From contig NC_092674.1 in assembly GCF_964355755.1 (NCBI RefSeq), positions 8,556,001 to 8,620,000 on the forward strand: DNA of 64,000 nucleotides, given 5' to 3'. The position numbers and the translations under genes were made by a program. The notes below the pieces were generated by a model. That model was not told the DNA's origin and ran no database searches. It was given only the letters and a program-made list of their open reading frames with translations. This document shows, one piece after another, positions 13,167 through 34,997 of this stretch (position 1 is the stretch's first letter; each line of letters starts with the position of its first letter). This DNA comes from Antedon mediterranea (taxonomy: Eukaryota; Animalia; Echinodermata).

Positions 13167-15554
13167 TTAATATTTTATATGAAAATGTACTCAACTAGTT
13201 CTATATTTTTTGTTGAGAATTGGTATACCTATAGGCCTACAATTTCAATTAAGCAGACAACCACAATCAGAATCGAATCGAACCAGCTCCATGACAATTT
13301 AATTACTCTTAAATTAGTTACATAATCGTGATGAGCCTTTAGGGTGTATATATTTGATTATGTTGTTGCTATTGATGTCACTATACTACAATTACATTAG
13401 AAGGCATGACGGAAATAAAACAGATGCATACAAAAATTGTATGTAATGATTTATTAAATTTATAGGCATTCCTGGCGCGGCTCTCTGGTCTTGGCTTACA
13501 GTAAATGATTGATGAACTGTGGTGCAATGCTTTATGTAACCTGTGAACTGTTGTGTTTTACCCCCATTGAAAAGAGAAATATAACAATAGACATTTGAAG
13601 TGTCGACAATTTTAGATCCAAAACCTTAGCTTAAAGTTTTTATAATTTTTAATTTAATACCACCTTTAATTATAGTGGCATATCAAGTCCCAACGAACTG
13701 ATCATTAAGGGCCCTCAACAAAACATACAAATACACACATTTGACACAAAATATTAGATATTTAGAAAAAGGATGAGGCAACAAACAATATGTACATTAA
13801 AAGTAAACATCGTTTACAATTGTTTACGCTTCGATAGTACGACCACCTGTTTGTATATTCCAACTTTATTTGAATAAGACAGCTGATGAAGCAATACATT
13901 CAATTAAAGAGGCATTATTTAATTTGTTAACACAAATATATTTACTCTAATTCTGTAGTGCTGTTTTCCCACTAGGACACACGCAAAGACATAAGCGTAA
14001 CGTACGCCAACGGTTTGACCAATTACAAGCGACAGTTCGGATAATCAATCGCTTGTGATGGGTAAAATTGTTTACGTTACGCTTGTGTTATCACGTTGTG
14101 TCCTAGGATAGTGGAAACTAAGCTCGGACTTCAGAACATTGAGTAAAATGAGTTTATGATGTATAAGGTATTTTAGTGCTACATATCATTGGCGAACACA
14201 TACTCTGTAGAAAATAAGGTAGGCGTAGGTTTCCTGCTAATTGCTAAAGATAGTTCAGAATACTCTTATGGATCATAAAGGTTTTTGACTGTATTCCGAT
14301 TCTAATGGAAGGACAGAATTTATAGTTATTTATACAGTGGTTTATGATGTCAAATGCTTATTTCAAGGAGAAATGTCAACAGTATTTCTAAATGAAATAT
14401 TGATTTTCTAAATATTGTCTATTTTTCTCATCAACTATGTTAATCTCCTTGAAGTAAAATATATGTCAGATACATTGATGGTCGTGATAACCTCTATAAG
14501 TATTTATAACCATGTTAGCATTATGTATCACATCATGTTGTTGTCCAACTCTCATGGGAAAATGATTGCCCCCAACGGTTTATGATTCTATACTAATAAT
14601 CAATCTGTCATCTGTTCGCCATTTCCTTCTTGTTTTCACACACATTATTTTTGATTTATTCATATTCAAAGACAATATAAAATATGAGTATGATTATTCG
14701 CTTCGGTAGAATATTTAATTTACCAAGCAATAAAGTACCTAATTAGAGATAAATTATATTCATGATAGCTGATTCTTTATAAATATAAATAATATACTGC
14801 GTAACATCCAAAATATAATAATTTCATTTTGTAAGACCACATCAAATCGTTTATCTTTTGTCATATCTATTATAACACAGGTACGAGTTAAATAATGAAA
14901 TTAAAAATTCCTCATCTCTTTAGGTGTTTAAAAAATTGTTATTGAAAACCAACTTGTTTAAAACAAAACAAACTTTCTTACTATAATACAGGTGATTAAG
15001 AAAATTAACCAAATCCAACTTGGTTTCAGTTGTCTCAATTCGCATTTATTTTTACGGATTTCGGGATAATCCAAATTTTAATTGTGGCTTTAATGTTGAG
15101 AATCCGCTTCTTTTCTTATGTTACTGCTCTAATTAAAATATACAAAGAGATTTTCAACTTGTAAGGATTTTTCCTTAACGTATAGTTTTAAATTTGTAAG
15201 TGAAATTTTTATTTTTGGATCCGATCTTCTTCGAATTCTGAAATGCTTTATTGTTTTTTACGTACAACAATTTCTTGTTACTTCTGGAAGATTTGATAGA
15301 TGTTTTTTGTTTCAAAATGTTGTATTTGTTATCTGAGGCGCATTGAAGCTAAGGTGGTTCCACCCTGTGAGGCACCTCTATGTAACATATTGAATAAAAA
15401 TAAATTAAAACAACAATATACTACTGTAGACATAGATAATACATTTATCAACATTGCCAATTCCTTGGCAAGATAAGATAAAACATTTAAGATATATCCT
15501 CATTTTGTTGTTATTCTCTTGATTGTATTAGTTTAATATATGACACTTATTCTA

Positions 15555-15719
15555 CAGCTGTAACTAGATAGAGTCTAACTGACTATCGCAAGTCATATAG
15601 AAACGTCTAATACACCATATATCTGCCAGGAGGTTCATATCGAAAAGTACTCAATACAGCTAGACAATTGTTTCTAGATGACTTGCGATAGTCAGCCAGA
15701 CTCTATCTAGTGACAGCTG
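15555..15719. repeat. Foldback element with about 50-bp inverted arms
   Basis: CAGCTGTAACTAGATAGAGTCTAACTGACTATCGCAAGTCAT versus ATGACTTGCGATAGTCAGCCAGACTCTATCTAGTGACAGCTG. Confidence 0.75.
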
Positions 15720-16280
15720 CATTGTTTGTAAACAATTTAAAGTGTAAGGAGTTTTTTAAAGGTCATTCCAAAACAATATTCCTCAACCTCGTTTTGGTCT
15801 TTTCATTTTACTGTTATTAGTTTAATAGTGGTTAGTAATTGAAACACAATTCCGATTATTATACTTGATTATTTCGATAAAAGAATGTTTCTCTCCACTT
15901 GGCATTCTACTCGAAATAATTATGTTCTGATATCATTTTAATTTTCATCTAATCATTTCACTAGATCTAGAGATAATTTCATCACCTAGGAGATGAAATT
16001 ACATTTCAATTCTAATCGTTGATGAATAGTAATATTATTTTGAGATCTGAGTTTAGTTTAGTCAGTAAGCAGTGTAATCTGTGAAATTAGAATGTTTGCG
16101 GGTGTAGGCCTATATGAGCGAAATTTCGATCCCTGTATAAATGTAATCAAAAATTATCATTCAGTTTAACTTGTGTATTAATGAGATGGTGTGAATTTGT
16201 CTACGTGAACAAAGAGAAAAGCTAATAATAGATGACACAAGACATAGTAGTGTAGAGTAAATTTGTACATCAGTTCACAT

Positions 16281-16402
16281 TGGGCCCGTTTAGGCTTAGT
16301 TATTTACCCGATGAAGTTGGTTCCTGCGTTCCTGCCAACTAAAGTCGGCAAGAACTATTAGACCAACTTACCCGGGTGAGTAACTAAATCTCAATGGACC
16401 CA
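16281..16402. mobile_element. Small MITE
   Basis: TGGGCCCGTTTAGGCTTAGTTATTTACCCG is imperfectly inverted as CGGGTGAGTAACTAAATCTCAATGGACCCA. Confidence 0.55.
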
Positions 16403-16735
16403 TTTGAAAAAAAAATACGTTTATAACCCTTAAGTATAAAACAAAACAAATATGTAATAAAGAACCTCGGTCAATGAAGGGTTTTGTTTCCAAATGAAAG
16501 TAAGCCTATTCACTTGAGAATGGGAATAGTGAAAGCGGGGGAAAGGCATGTCAACAGGTTAAGTCAACATTTGGTCTGCAAGTCGTGCAGAGATCCAGAT
16601 ACTATCCAAGGTGGAGTTAACACTTCAAAACAGGAGAAACTAGAAAGGCGCATCCACTTTTGCCAACTAAAATTGAATTATAAACTGATTTTTATATCAT
16701 TATACGCTCCCCGTTAAAAAATTCCACCAACCTTA

Positions 16736-17134
16736 AGGCCATTCACACTAGGACGATAACGATCGACGATAAATATATAAGCATGCATTTTTTTAACATA
16801 AAACAAAAGAAATTAGAAAGGGTTTCGTTCTAGGACTATAGGATAATCATTTATGCTGTCTTTGATAAAAATAATATTTTTAAAATTCCAATCAAATGAC
16901 GTCATGATACATAGAAACAATAAAATCGTTGTATTGTCACGATATTATTGCTCTTACTAATCATGACGTCATTTCATTGGACGTGTGAAAATATAATTTT
17001 CATCAAAGGAAGCATAGATGGTTATTCTATAGTTCTAGAATGAAAAGGTTTTATATTTCTTTTATTTTATGTATGAAAAATGCAAATTATTGTCTATTAT
17101 CGGCGATCGTTATCGTCCTAGTGTGAATGGGCCT
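16736..17134. mobile_element. Harbinger-like foldback MITE
   Basis: TIRs AGGCCATTCACACTAGGACGATAACGATCG / CGATCGTTATCGTCCTAGTGTGAATGGGCCT, TAA/TTA flanks, long internal inverted arms. Confidence 0.8.
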
Positions 17135-17777
17135 TTACACAGAATAACAGTTCCCTAAATAAAGATTATATACCGTAGATATAAACAGGAAACATCGATA
17201 TTAGGCCTAAATGTTAAGATTTACTACTTAGAACCATTTACGTAGTAAAATCATGGAACTATAAATTATTGGTCTAATTTATAGGTCCATGGTATAATGT
17301 AATCCATGCTATTATTCTACATCTTGTAAACGTTTACACAACACAATATACTCACATTGATATGTGTCAGGTAACTCGCTTTTATTCAATCATCTTAGCT
17401 TCCTAATCATTTGAATAGAAGATGTTTACATTATGAATCAATATTAGACGTCTACAGTATACAAGATCCTTGATATTATGAAAGCACAGCGTATAATGGT
17501 TATGAGTATGTGTTGAGAATCTTCAAAAGAAGCGCCCCCATTAAAAAATAAACGCTGCCAGTTTGTACGAAATAACTATCCAATGGGATAGCGAGTCAGA
17601 AATGAAAAAGCAAAACAGACAAATGCAGCAAAACCCCAGGACGCATGAATTATTCATGATTTCTGCCCACGTTCGTCCTGGAAAAAAAAATTACGCCCCC
17701 AGGACACATTCGGGACGAAGCGCCCACTTAACATGGGTTTCCCCTGATTGGGGATGACAGTAGTGTTAAATATATAC

Positions 17778-17818
17778 TTGCACTGATGAACGGCTAGTGT
17801 TGCCCGAAAGCTCTGCTA
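17778..17818 (+). ncRNA. Minimal type I hammerhead ribozyme motif in a Penelope-like pLTR remnant (about 17770-17918)
   Basis: GCA-CTGATGA-ACGGC(TAGTGTT)GCCC-GAAA-GCTC-TGC: conserved core boxes, short stems I and II, and a palindromic AGCT stem III; the element is bounded by (TA)n. Confidence 0.6.
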
Positions 17819-17917
17819 ACTTTTCTGGCTGTTTTACTTTTACTTTACGCTTTTATTTTGTATCTCCATTGAGATCCAGCCACTGATACCCACAGCATTG
17901 TCATTTTTTCAGTAATT

Positions 17918-17951
<34 letters not shown>

Positions 17952-18061
17952 AACACATTAGGCAATGAACATTAATTCGAAACCGCCCGGTGATATACTG
18001 AAATTTAATTAATTAATTTGAAACGATAAAGATGAGGAAATCTGTGAGAATGAGAAAAAGT

Positions 18062-18133
18062 CGCCCCAACCGAGACTCGAACTCGGACCGCCTGCTTGAT
18101 ATGCAGATGTCCTAACCATTAGACCACTAGGGC
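18062..18133 (-). tRNA. tRNA-like gene or pseudo-tRNA, anticodon ATC (Asp-type), probably repeat-associated
   Basis: GCCCTAGTGGTCTAATGGTTAGGACATCTGCATATCAAGCAGGCGGTCCGAGTTCGAGTCTCGGTTGGGGCG folds as a cloverleaf with a perfect T-arm and A and B boxes; T5 terminator at 18055-18059. A32 and the anticodon are non-canonical. Confidence 0.5.
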
Positions 18134-18683
18134 TTTCATGGTATTGTTCAAACTCGATTGGCTAGTGACTCTTTAACATTCTCGGCGTGGTACGGCGGAA
18201 CAGCACTATATACATATTTTATATATCATTTCGCCTTGGGAAAATGTTCACTTAATAGGTGTCCCAGAGGTTCTATAGCTGATGAGTGTAAAAATAAAAA
18301 CGTTGAGATCTACAATTATTATGTATGCCTAATAATAGCGATTATGTGAAAACATTAAAGATGATTGTATTCTGCTTATATTTGACATTTGAGTTTAAGA
18401 TAACATTTTCCGTTTTACATTAAGGTAATGTACCAGTACTGTATAATCATGAAAATAAGAAATAATGACATTGCAAAACTTTAAAGTAGGCCTACATGTA
18501 TTGTACTTAAATTGCACATATTAATATAAAATAAAGTAGTAGGGCCTAATGAATTCTGTATGTTTTATTTGTATGCCGCATTTACCATGAACGTATCCAA
18601 AAGATGTGACGTGCCGACATCACCAGACGTAGATTAATTCGGCGTATAACAATTTGAGTAAGGGTAAAATCGCAGGGGTAATT

Positions 18684-19995
18684 GGACATCCCTATTAAAG
18701 GGACACTTTTCAGTGAAACGATAGAAGAACAACATAACACACCACGATGGGACATATCTATTAAAGGGAAACTTTCCCATGAAGAATGAGGGACAACATA
18801 ACACACCACGGTGGGAACATCTCTATTAAAGGGAAACTTTTATGTAAAAAATGAGGGACAACATAAAACACCACGGTGGGGACATCTCTATTAAAGGGAC
18901 ACTTTTCAGTGAAACGATAGAGGAACAACATAATACACCATGATGGGGACATCTCTATTAAAGGGACACTTTTCTCGTGAAGTATGAGGAACAACATAAT
19001 ACACCACGATGGGGACATCTCTATTAAAGGGACACTTTTCCGTGAAGAATGAGAGACAATATAACACACCACGGTGGGGACATCTCTATTAAAGGGACAT
19101 TTTCCCATGAAGAATGAGGGACAACATAACACACCACGATGGGGCCATCTCTATTAAAGGGACACTTTTCCGTGAAGAATGAGAGACAACATAACACACC
19201 ACGGTGGGGACATCTCTATTAAAGAGACATTTTCCCATGAAGAATGAGGAACAACATAATACACCACGATGGGGACATCTCTATTAAAGGGACACTTTTC
19301 TCGTGAAGTATGAGGAACAACATAACACACCACGATGGGGACAATGTATTATTTTATTTATTTTATTTTATGTCTTTAGGCAATGTGGCCAAGGATTACC
19401 AATAGTGAATTAATCACTGTCCTATCAGATAGGTGGTAATCCCCCTGATACAGGGGCTATTGTGTGAACCAGTTCACCGGGGTAACCCCCTACTCTTTTT
19501 CGAATAATGAACTGGGTTCTTTAAAGTACACACAGGTTATAACTGTGTACACTGGACCTACGGTTTATAGTCCTTATCCGAGAAGACTTGTTCCACCACC
19601 AGAACTAGGAGCGAGTCGGCCTCGAACCCTTGCCGATGTTGTTGTTGGCTCTTTAGGTACGGTAAACGGCGCCCCTACCTTAACCGCTCGGCCATATGAC
19701 TCGCTCGCTCGCTTAAAGGAACACGTTTCCGTGAAAAATGAGGAACAAAATAACACAGCACGGTGAGGACATCTCTATTAAAGGGACACTTTTCAGTGAA
19801 ACGATAGAGGAACAACATAATACATCAGGATGGGGACGGAAATCTCTATTAAAGGGACACTTTTCTCGTGAATAATGAGGAACAACATAACACAGCACGG
19901 TGGGGGCAATCTGTATTAAAGAGACACTTTTCCGTGATACACGGAGACAATAACACACTGCCGATCCCTATTTAGTGGATATCCCTATTAAGGAA
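18684..19995. repeat. Minisatellite, about 65-bp unit, about 15 copies, interrupted by a SINE
   Basis: Unit GGACATCTCTATTAAAGGGACACTTTTCCGTGAAGAATGAGGGACAACATAACACACCACGATGG, repeated 18684-19345 and 19713-19995. Confidence 0.95.
19348..19712 (-). mobile_element. tRNA-headed SINE with a Nin/Deu-like central domain, full length
   Basis: A-box TGGCCGAGCGG, B-box GGTTCGAGGCC, central AAAGAACCCAGTTCATTATTCGAAAAAGAGTAGGGGGTTACCCCGGTG (resembles the recalled Nin/Deu domain), (TAAAA)n tail. Confidence 0.8.
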
Positions 19996-21066
19996 ATAAA
20001 GGTGTCGGTTATATTATTACAAGAGGCTCTTTTAAGTAATTATTCTTCAAGAACACAAGGGGAAACGCTGTTATATTAATAGAATATATACAGTAACAAA
20101 TTATTCTGTTCCCTACTTAATAAATCTTTCTATCATACCAAAGCATAATAATCATATCGTGCACGTGCCCAATTAGTTAATTATTCAACTTCAGCTTTAA
20201 GTTAAAAATAAATAATAAATACGTTCTGGTCCCGATTTACTCAGGATAATTAACAATGGGCGCGGTTATTTAATGAATGTTACGATACAAAGGGCCTACT
20301 CAAAAACGTTATAATATTCTTCTTTTGTTAAACAGTAACCAATCTTGCTTATCACGGCCATGCATTTTACGACGTTATAAAATGAATGTATCGATTTTGT
20401 TTCTTTCTTTCAAGTACTGTAGTGGAAATCTAATTTTGTCATTTCTTTAACTACACTAGAAATCACTGCATAATGATGTCAAATTGCATACTATTATCCC
20501 CTTCAACAAATATCGAATATGGATATAGATATAAAGAGAATAATTAAAGGTGCTGTAACTACTGACAGAAGCGGATCCAGGATTTTCAAACGGGGAGCGT
20601 TAATATATAATATTAGTATGCACCAGGGTTGGATACGAGATCCAACTTCAGCCCCATCATGGTTGAACCTCAAGCGCACTGGAAAATGCACTCTAGCCGT
20701 TCTTTGAGTGCGTAAAATGTGCTGTCAAGGGTTTATGTTCTACGTAATAAACAATACAATTTAGCTTAAACACGGAGCCCTGTTGTTACTTTCCATATCA
20801 TGAAGACGGTCTTTTGGGTGTTAATATTCATGAATCATCATTTACGCAATTTTCAGATTAGGTTTGTAGAAATGTATATGAGTGATCATTGATCATAGTA
20901 TCATATTTATTATTATGACATTGTATCAGCACATTGTAATAGAGTAATCATAATAAGTAATACTCAATCGATTTAAAACTATGAGGATATTTCAGTATTC
21001 CAGCAATGATTGCCATGTTACATTCGCAGTTTTCTGTTTCAAGTAACGGAAGACGGCGTCGCCAAT

Positions 21067-21305
21067 TGTCGCGTGCGTGCAATGCGACTCTATAGCAGAC
21101 TATGTCGGTCGGTCGGTAAACAACTAACTCAAATTCATATTTTTTCGTTATTTTGACAGTGGATATTAATACTTGGAGGCAAATATAAATGTTTTTAAAC
21201 ATTTTAATTTACTTTTAACATTTTCAGCAATTTCGGTCGGTTGGTCAGTCAGTAAACACTAACTCAAATCGGCGCACACGACTGCAGACATGTATTGGCC
21301 TTGTT
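21067..21305 (-). mobile_element. Second copy of the DINE-like element
   Basis: Shares GCGACTCTA..G...ACTATGTCGGT, GTAAACACTAACTCAAAT and TGGCCTTGTT with 3827-3967; the core is duplicated. Confidence 0.7.
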
Positions 21306-24300
21306 CCGGGGAAGAGTGAATTCAATCTTCCCTGGTTCACTCTTCCCTGATTTGCGTACCGTGAAAAGGAGTAGGCCCACTCATTTTTTATATCATTTGC
21401 ACTGTTAACGTCAGTATCTGAACAGAAATAGAGATGATTGATTATTGTTGGTAATTTCAAGCTTACGTCACCAAGCACAGCTCTGTTATAATCCACGGCG
21501 ACTGAGAAGCAACACCGTGTTTCATCAGGCGACTTATATACACATTGTTAACATTTCAAATACACAAATTGGTATTAAGTAACATATAAGTGTGAGGAAG
21601 ACACTTGACTAAAGAGTACTTCTTCAGTATACACAAGATTATATTTAATTGAATCTCAGAGCTCTTGATCAATACATTTCATATTGACATCCTATTGTCT
21701 AAGCAGGGAAGACTGTAATTTCACTTTTCTTGGTCTAAGCAACTTGATACAAAATCCCAAAAATAAAAATCAGAGGACTTGTCTATTCAATAGTTCAAAA
21801 TGACAACGTGTTCATAATAAATACGATTAGACCGACGGTCCTCATTGATCCCCAATACCTTTTTCCGATTTAAAAAACATTTATGTTGATTTAAAATTTG
21901 AATTACAAAAGTCTATTTTTAGACAAAAATAAAGATTGTTTTCACTTTCAGACAAATTAAAGATTGTTTTCACTTTCAGACAAAATTAAATCAATGAATT
22001 TTTACCAAAAATATATATATTAATTTCTTAACCAAAGCTCTATTAAAATTGTATATCCGCAAATGAATAAATAATCTTATAAATAAATTAATGTTAAATA
22101 TAATATTTTTTTATAACGCTTCTAAACTTTTCAATTTCTAAGCGATATTGTTTTTCAACTATAGCATGAGATATATTTATATTAATTTTTATTTCAATAA
22201 ATTCTAATTGCGCATGCGCAAAAGAAAATATAACAACCCGTTGATTTGCACACATAATTAATTTGTATTTGCGTATAGCTTCACCTGTTTCTAGTTTATA
22301 ATCAACAAATACATTAATTACTTGTTCAGTAGACTAATTAATTCAATTTAGCAATTTCCATGACTAAAGTTCCCGGAGATAATGTGTCTTATAGCTACCT
22401 GTAGTAATTGATTGTGTTTCGTAGTATATTATCGTATTTTACGTAAAGTCGTGTTTTGTTCAGAAGATAATAATGTTGCTTACTTCCTATATGAATCAAT
22501 TTAATTCAACTTGTGTGACCTTATAACCCGTTTCCCGATAGGAGACGAATAAATTCACACGAGCTCTGGTTGTTGTTTTTTTTTTCGCGCCTCACAACAG
22601 TTGATTTAAATTTGCATACGCACGCGCATTAACCACCGCCTTCGATTTTCGTTGAGGAAACGGGCTGAAACGTTGCGCTCATCCACATTCTATACAACTT
22701 TGGGTTAGTAGGCCTGGAAATTACTATCGACACCGTGGATGTGACGGTGGTAAACATTTTGTTTTCACCTGATCCAGACATTTATCCATTTTAGGAAGTT
22801 ATAATACTGATTATAAAGAATAATCTAAACGTTCACATTACTTTTTTATTTCTTTACAACTTAATACAAACAAGGAAGATATATTTTCATGGAAATTCAC
22901 ATAAATAAAAATAAATAACTTTGTGAATAGCATTATTTACAAATTAACTGATTTTTGTTTTTAAATATGACTTAACGCATTTACAACATTATTTTCCTGT
23001 CCAACAAATGCTGTTTTACAAAGGTGCTTAATATTATATAAATATCATAGGCATATTCATTAGTTCAGCAAAGTAGCAGATCTTAGTTCATTAAGACTGG
23101 CAGAAATTAAAATACAACTCTAATATCTATTTATAGACACACTTACAATGATAACATGTTTGGCAATTACATAAAACTATACTATTTAAGTTATAGTACA
23201 AACCATTTTGTGTATTTTTATTAAATTATTTAAAGATATTTTTGTTCCCTGAAAACATAATTTTTTGTTGAATATACCATTACATCATACATATTACATC
23301 ATATAGCAGAAATCCAAAAATAGTCAAATGGGTTTTTTAACCGTTTATTTTATCTATTTGTAAGTTTTTTTTCTATTGAATAATTTGACTAAATTGCAAA
23401 ATGTATTCAAAGTTCAAAGATTTTATTAATCTTCTTTTTTCATGTTTTCAAATTGGGGACAACAAGTCTTTAATGTTATCCATTTTATCTTTTTTATTAA
23501 AATGTCAATCTTTTTCCCCTCATGATGTAATTCTCCATTTGGTGATTTAGAGGTATATTATTTCGTCGTACCATGCAAATTATTTTTTTTTTTAATGTCT
23601 GTCCTTGTTCTTAATGTATGGTATAAAAATAAATTAATTTATGTTATATTGTCCTTATTTGTTGACCTTTTTTGTTGACCTTAGATGCTTTCATATGCTA
23701 GTTCTACTATATTTACCTAAATGTTTATAAGTCGAAAAATTTGTCATCTTAAAGATGAACACAAATCCTCGCCAAAAAATATTACCATATGTATAATATA
23801 TAAATACAAGAGCCAAGGGCCTATTTCAGAAAGCTAGTAATGAATTATAATATTGAAAGACAAATTAGAATTCTGTACCATGTTAAGTGCATTTTTAGTT
23901 TTTAATACTTGTACTGTATTAACTCTTTCATTCAAAAAGTAGGGTCTTGTTAGGAAATATCCAGAGACTCTACCAGTAGGACTAAATAACTTCTGTCCCA
24001 AAAATTTTTAAAAATATTTGTTATAATCAATTTTCTTAAAAAAACATCTTTCTACCTTAAAATATCAATATTTAAATTATACACTACTTAAAAAAAATAT
24101 TTCCAGTTCAAATGTATGTTCATACCTCCACAGAGTTTTTTTCTAGTCTTTATATATAGTATAAAATCAGTCCACAATAGAGAATAGGATCTCTTGAAAA
24201 GACTGTATAAACAAAACACTCTCAAGGAACTAGCAACTTTTTCAAAAGACTCTTCTAAAGGATTAGTGAGCCTGACAAGAAATAGGACCCCTAGGACTAA

Positions 24301-24410
24301 CACATCGTTAAGTCTCTCTATCAGGCCAAATGATCACCACCTCAGGTTAATATTGCTGTAAAATTTGTAGTACATATTTGAGCTTATTCACCAGGTACAG
24401 AATGTCAACG

Positions 24411-33765
<9,355 letters not shown>

Positions 33766-34499
33766 GAATCTATTTAAAGAAAAAAGAAATGAGATTAATA
33801 GTTTATGGCAAAATACATGTGCTAAAAACACATGTGAAAAACGATTCCTACAATTTTAATCTGAAATTCGACTTTCCACCAAGAACATTTATTTTTATTT
33901 TTTTATTTCAACAATATTTTACGAGGGTGGTCCAAAGCCGAAGCTGATTATTAGGGACCCTCACAAAAAAACATCATGACAAGATATAAACATGCAACAA
34001 TTAATTATCATTATCAACATGAAAATATTTGAAACCATGCAATAATTTGAATTTGATTAATTTAAATTATCTGATTAACAAGCGGTATATGTGTAAGGAT
34101 CATTCAATCCGGTTTCAAAGTACTGAGAAAGTTTGGTTAGAATAATAATAAAACTTTTTTTCTTCACGCAATCGAAAACCAAATTTCCGACATAAATTTT
34201 GCCTATATTATATTTGATAATAAATAGTTCAATTAACGTTTATTTCTTGTATGGAGAATATAAACTTTTTGATCATAAATACCTATTTTTTCTTTACGAA
34301 AAGCTTCGAAACAGACTTCGTGTCCTAGTACTTCATCAGTTCTGAATAATAACAATAGCACTTTGTCTGGATACAGGAAATACACAACAAGGCTTTATCT
34401 ACTAATTAATAATTAGGCCTAACTAGTGCTTTCCTGCACACCACACACAAAAGGGATACAGCTGGCGGTAAGTGGTATCTATTCAAAATAGCCTGCCTA

Positions 34500-34997
34500 C
34501 CTGTAGGCTTGTTAGAATGCAGAGCAGTCAACGATCTAAAACTACATTACTCACTATTTACTCTTAAATCTGTAAACGATTTGCAAAATTTAATGACATG
34601 TTATATTTGTTATAAATAAGAAACAGTTTTTAAAGAGAGACACACAGTCGATGATGCATGAATGTTGATAAACAAATGTCTTGACCTCTAAATCGGAAAT
34701 TGTTTACTTCCGTTTTGTTGATTGACTTGTTAACCGGTACAACAAGGTTGAATTAAGGTATATATTTATTTAGTTTCAATGTTCAATTCAAATTCATAAT
34801 AATAAAAAATGCTAAAATCCCCAATATGTTATGTAAATTAAAAATACATTAAAGATTAGCTGCAGAAAAAACAAAACAAACATGTGCATATTTTTAAAGT
34901 CTACCTCTTTGTATTTTGGAATATTCCATGTATTTCCCAAGAATTGCTAGGTCGCTAGAGAGGTCAAGTTTGCACGATAAAAATAGAAATGGCGGAT
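34500..34997. promoter_or_regulatory. Bidirectional promoter shared by RCBTB and FUNDC1
   Basis: Head-to-head genes. A probable RCBTB 5'UTR exon donor is at 34500 (minus) and the FUNDC1 ATG at 34989. ETS-type CGGAA/ACTTCCG sites at about 34694-34712; YY1-like AAATGGCGG over the FUNDC1 start. Confidence 0.65.

Noticed and set aside
18684-19995. Regularly spaced repeats resembling a CRISPR array, and ORFs within them
   Set aside because: The units are tandem copies without unique spacers, the context is eukaryotic and there are no cas genes.
7730-21560. Candidate 5'UTR exons of the receptor gene (donor-like sites near 7737, 17355 and 21466)
   Set aside because: An upstream exon is implied by the acceptor at 6677, but its position cannot be determined without transcripts.
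34300-34345. Minus-strand CTGATGA...CGAAG, a possible hammerhead
   Set aside because: The GAAA box is broken and the stems are not convincing.
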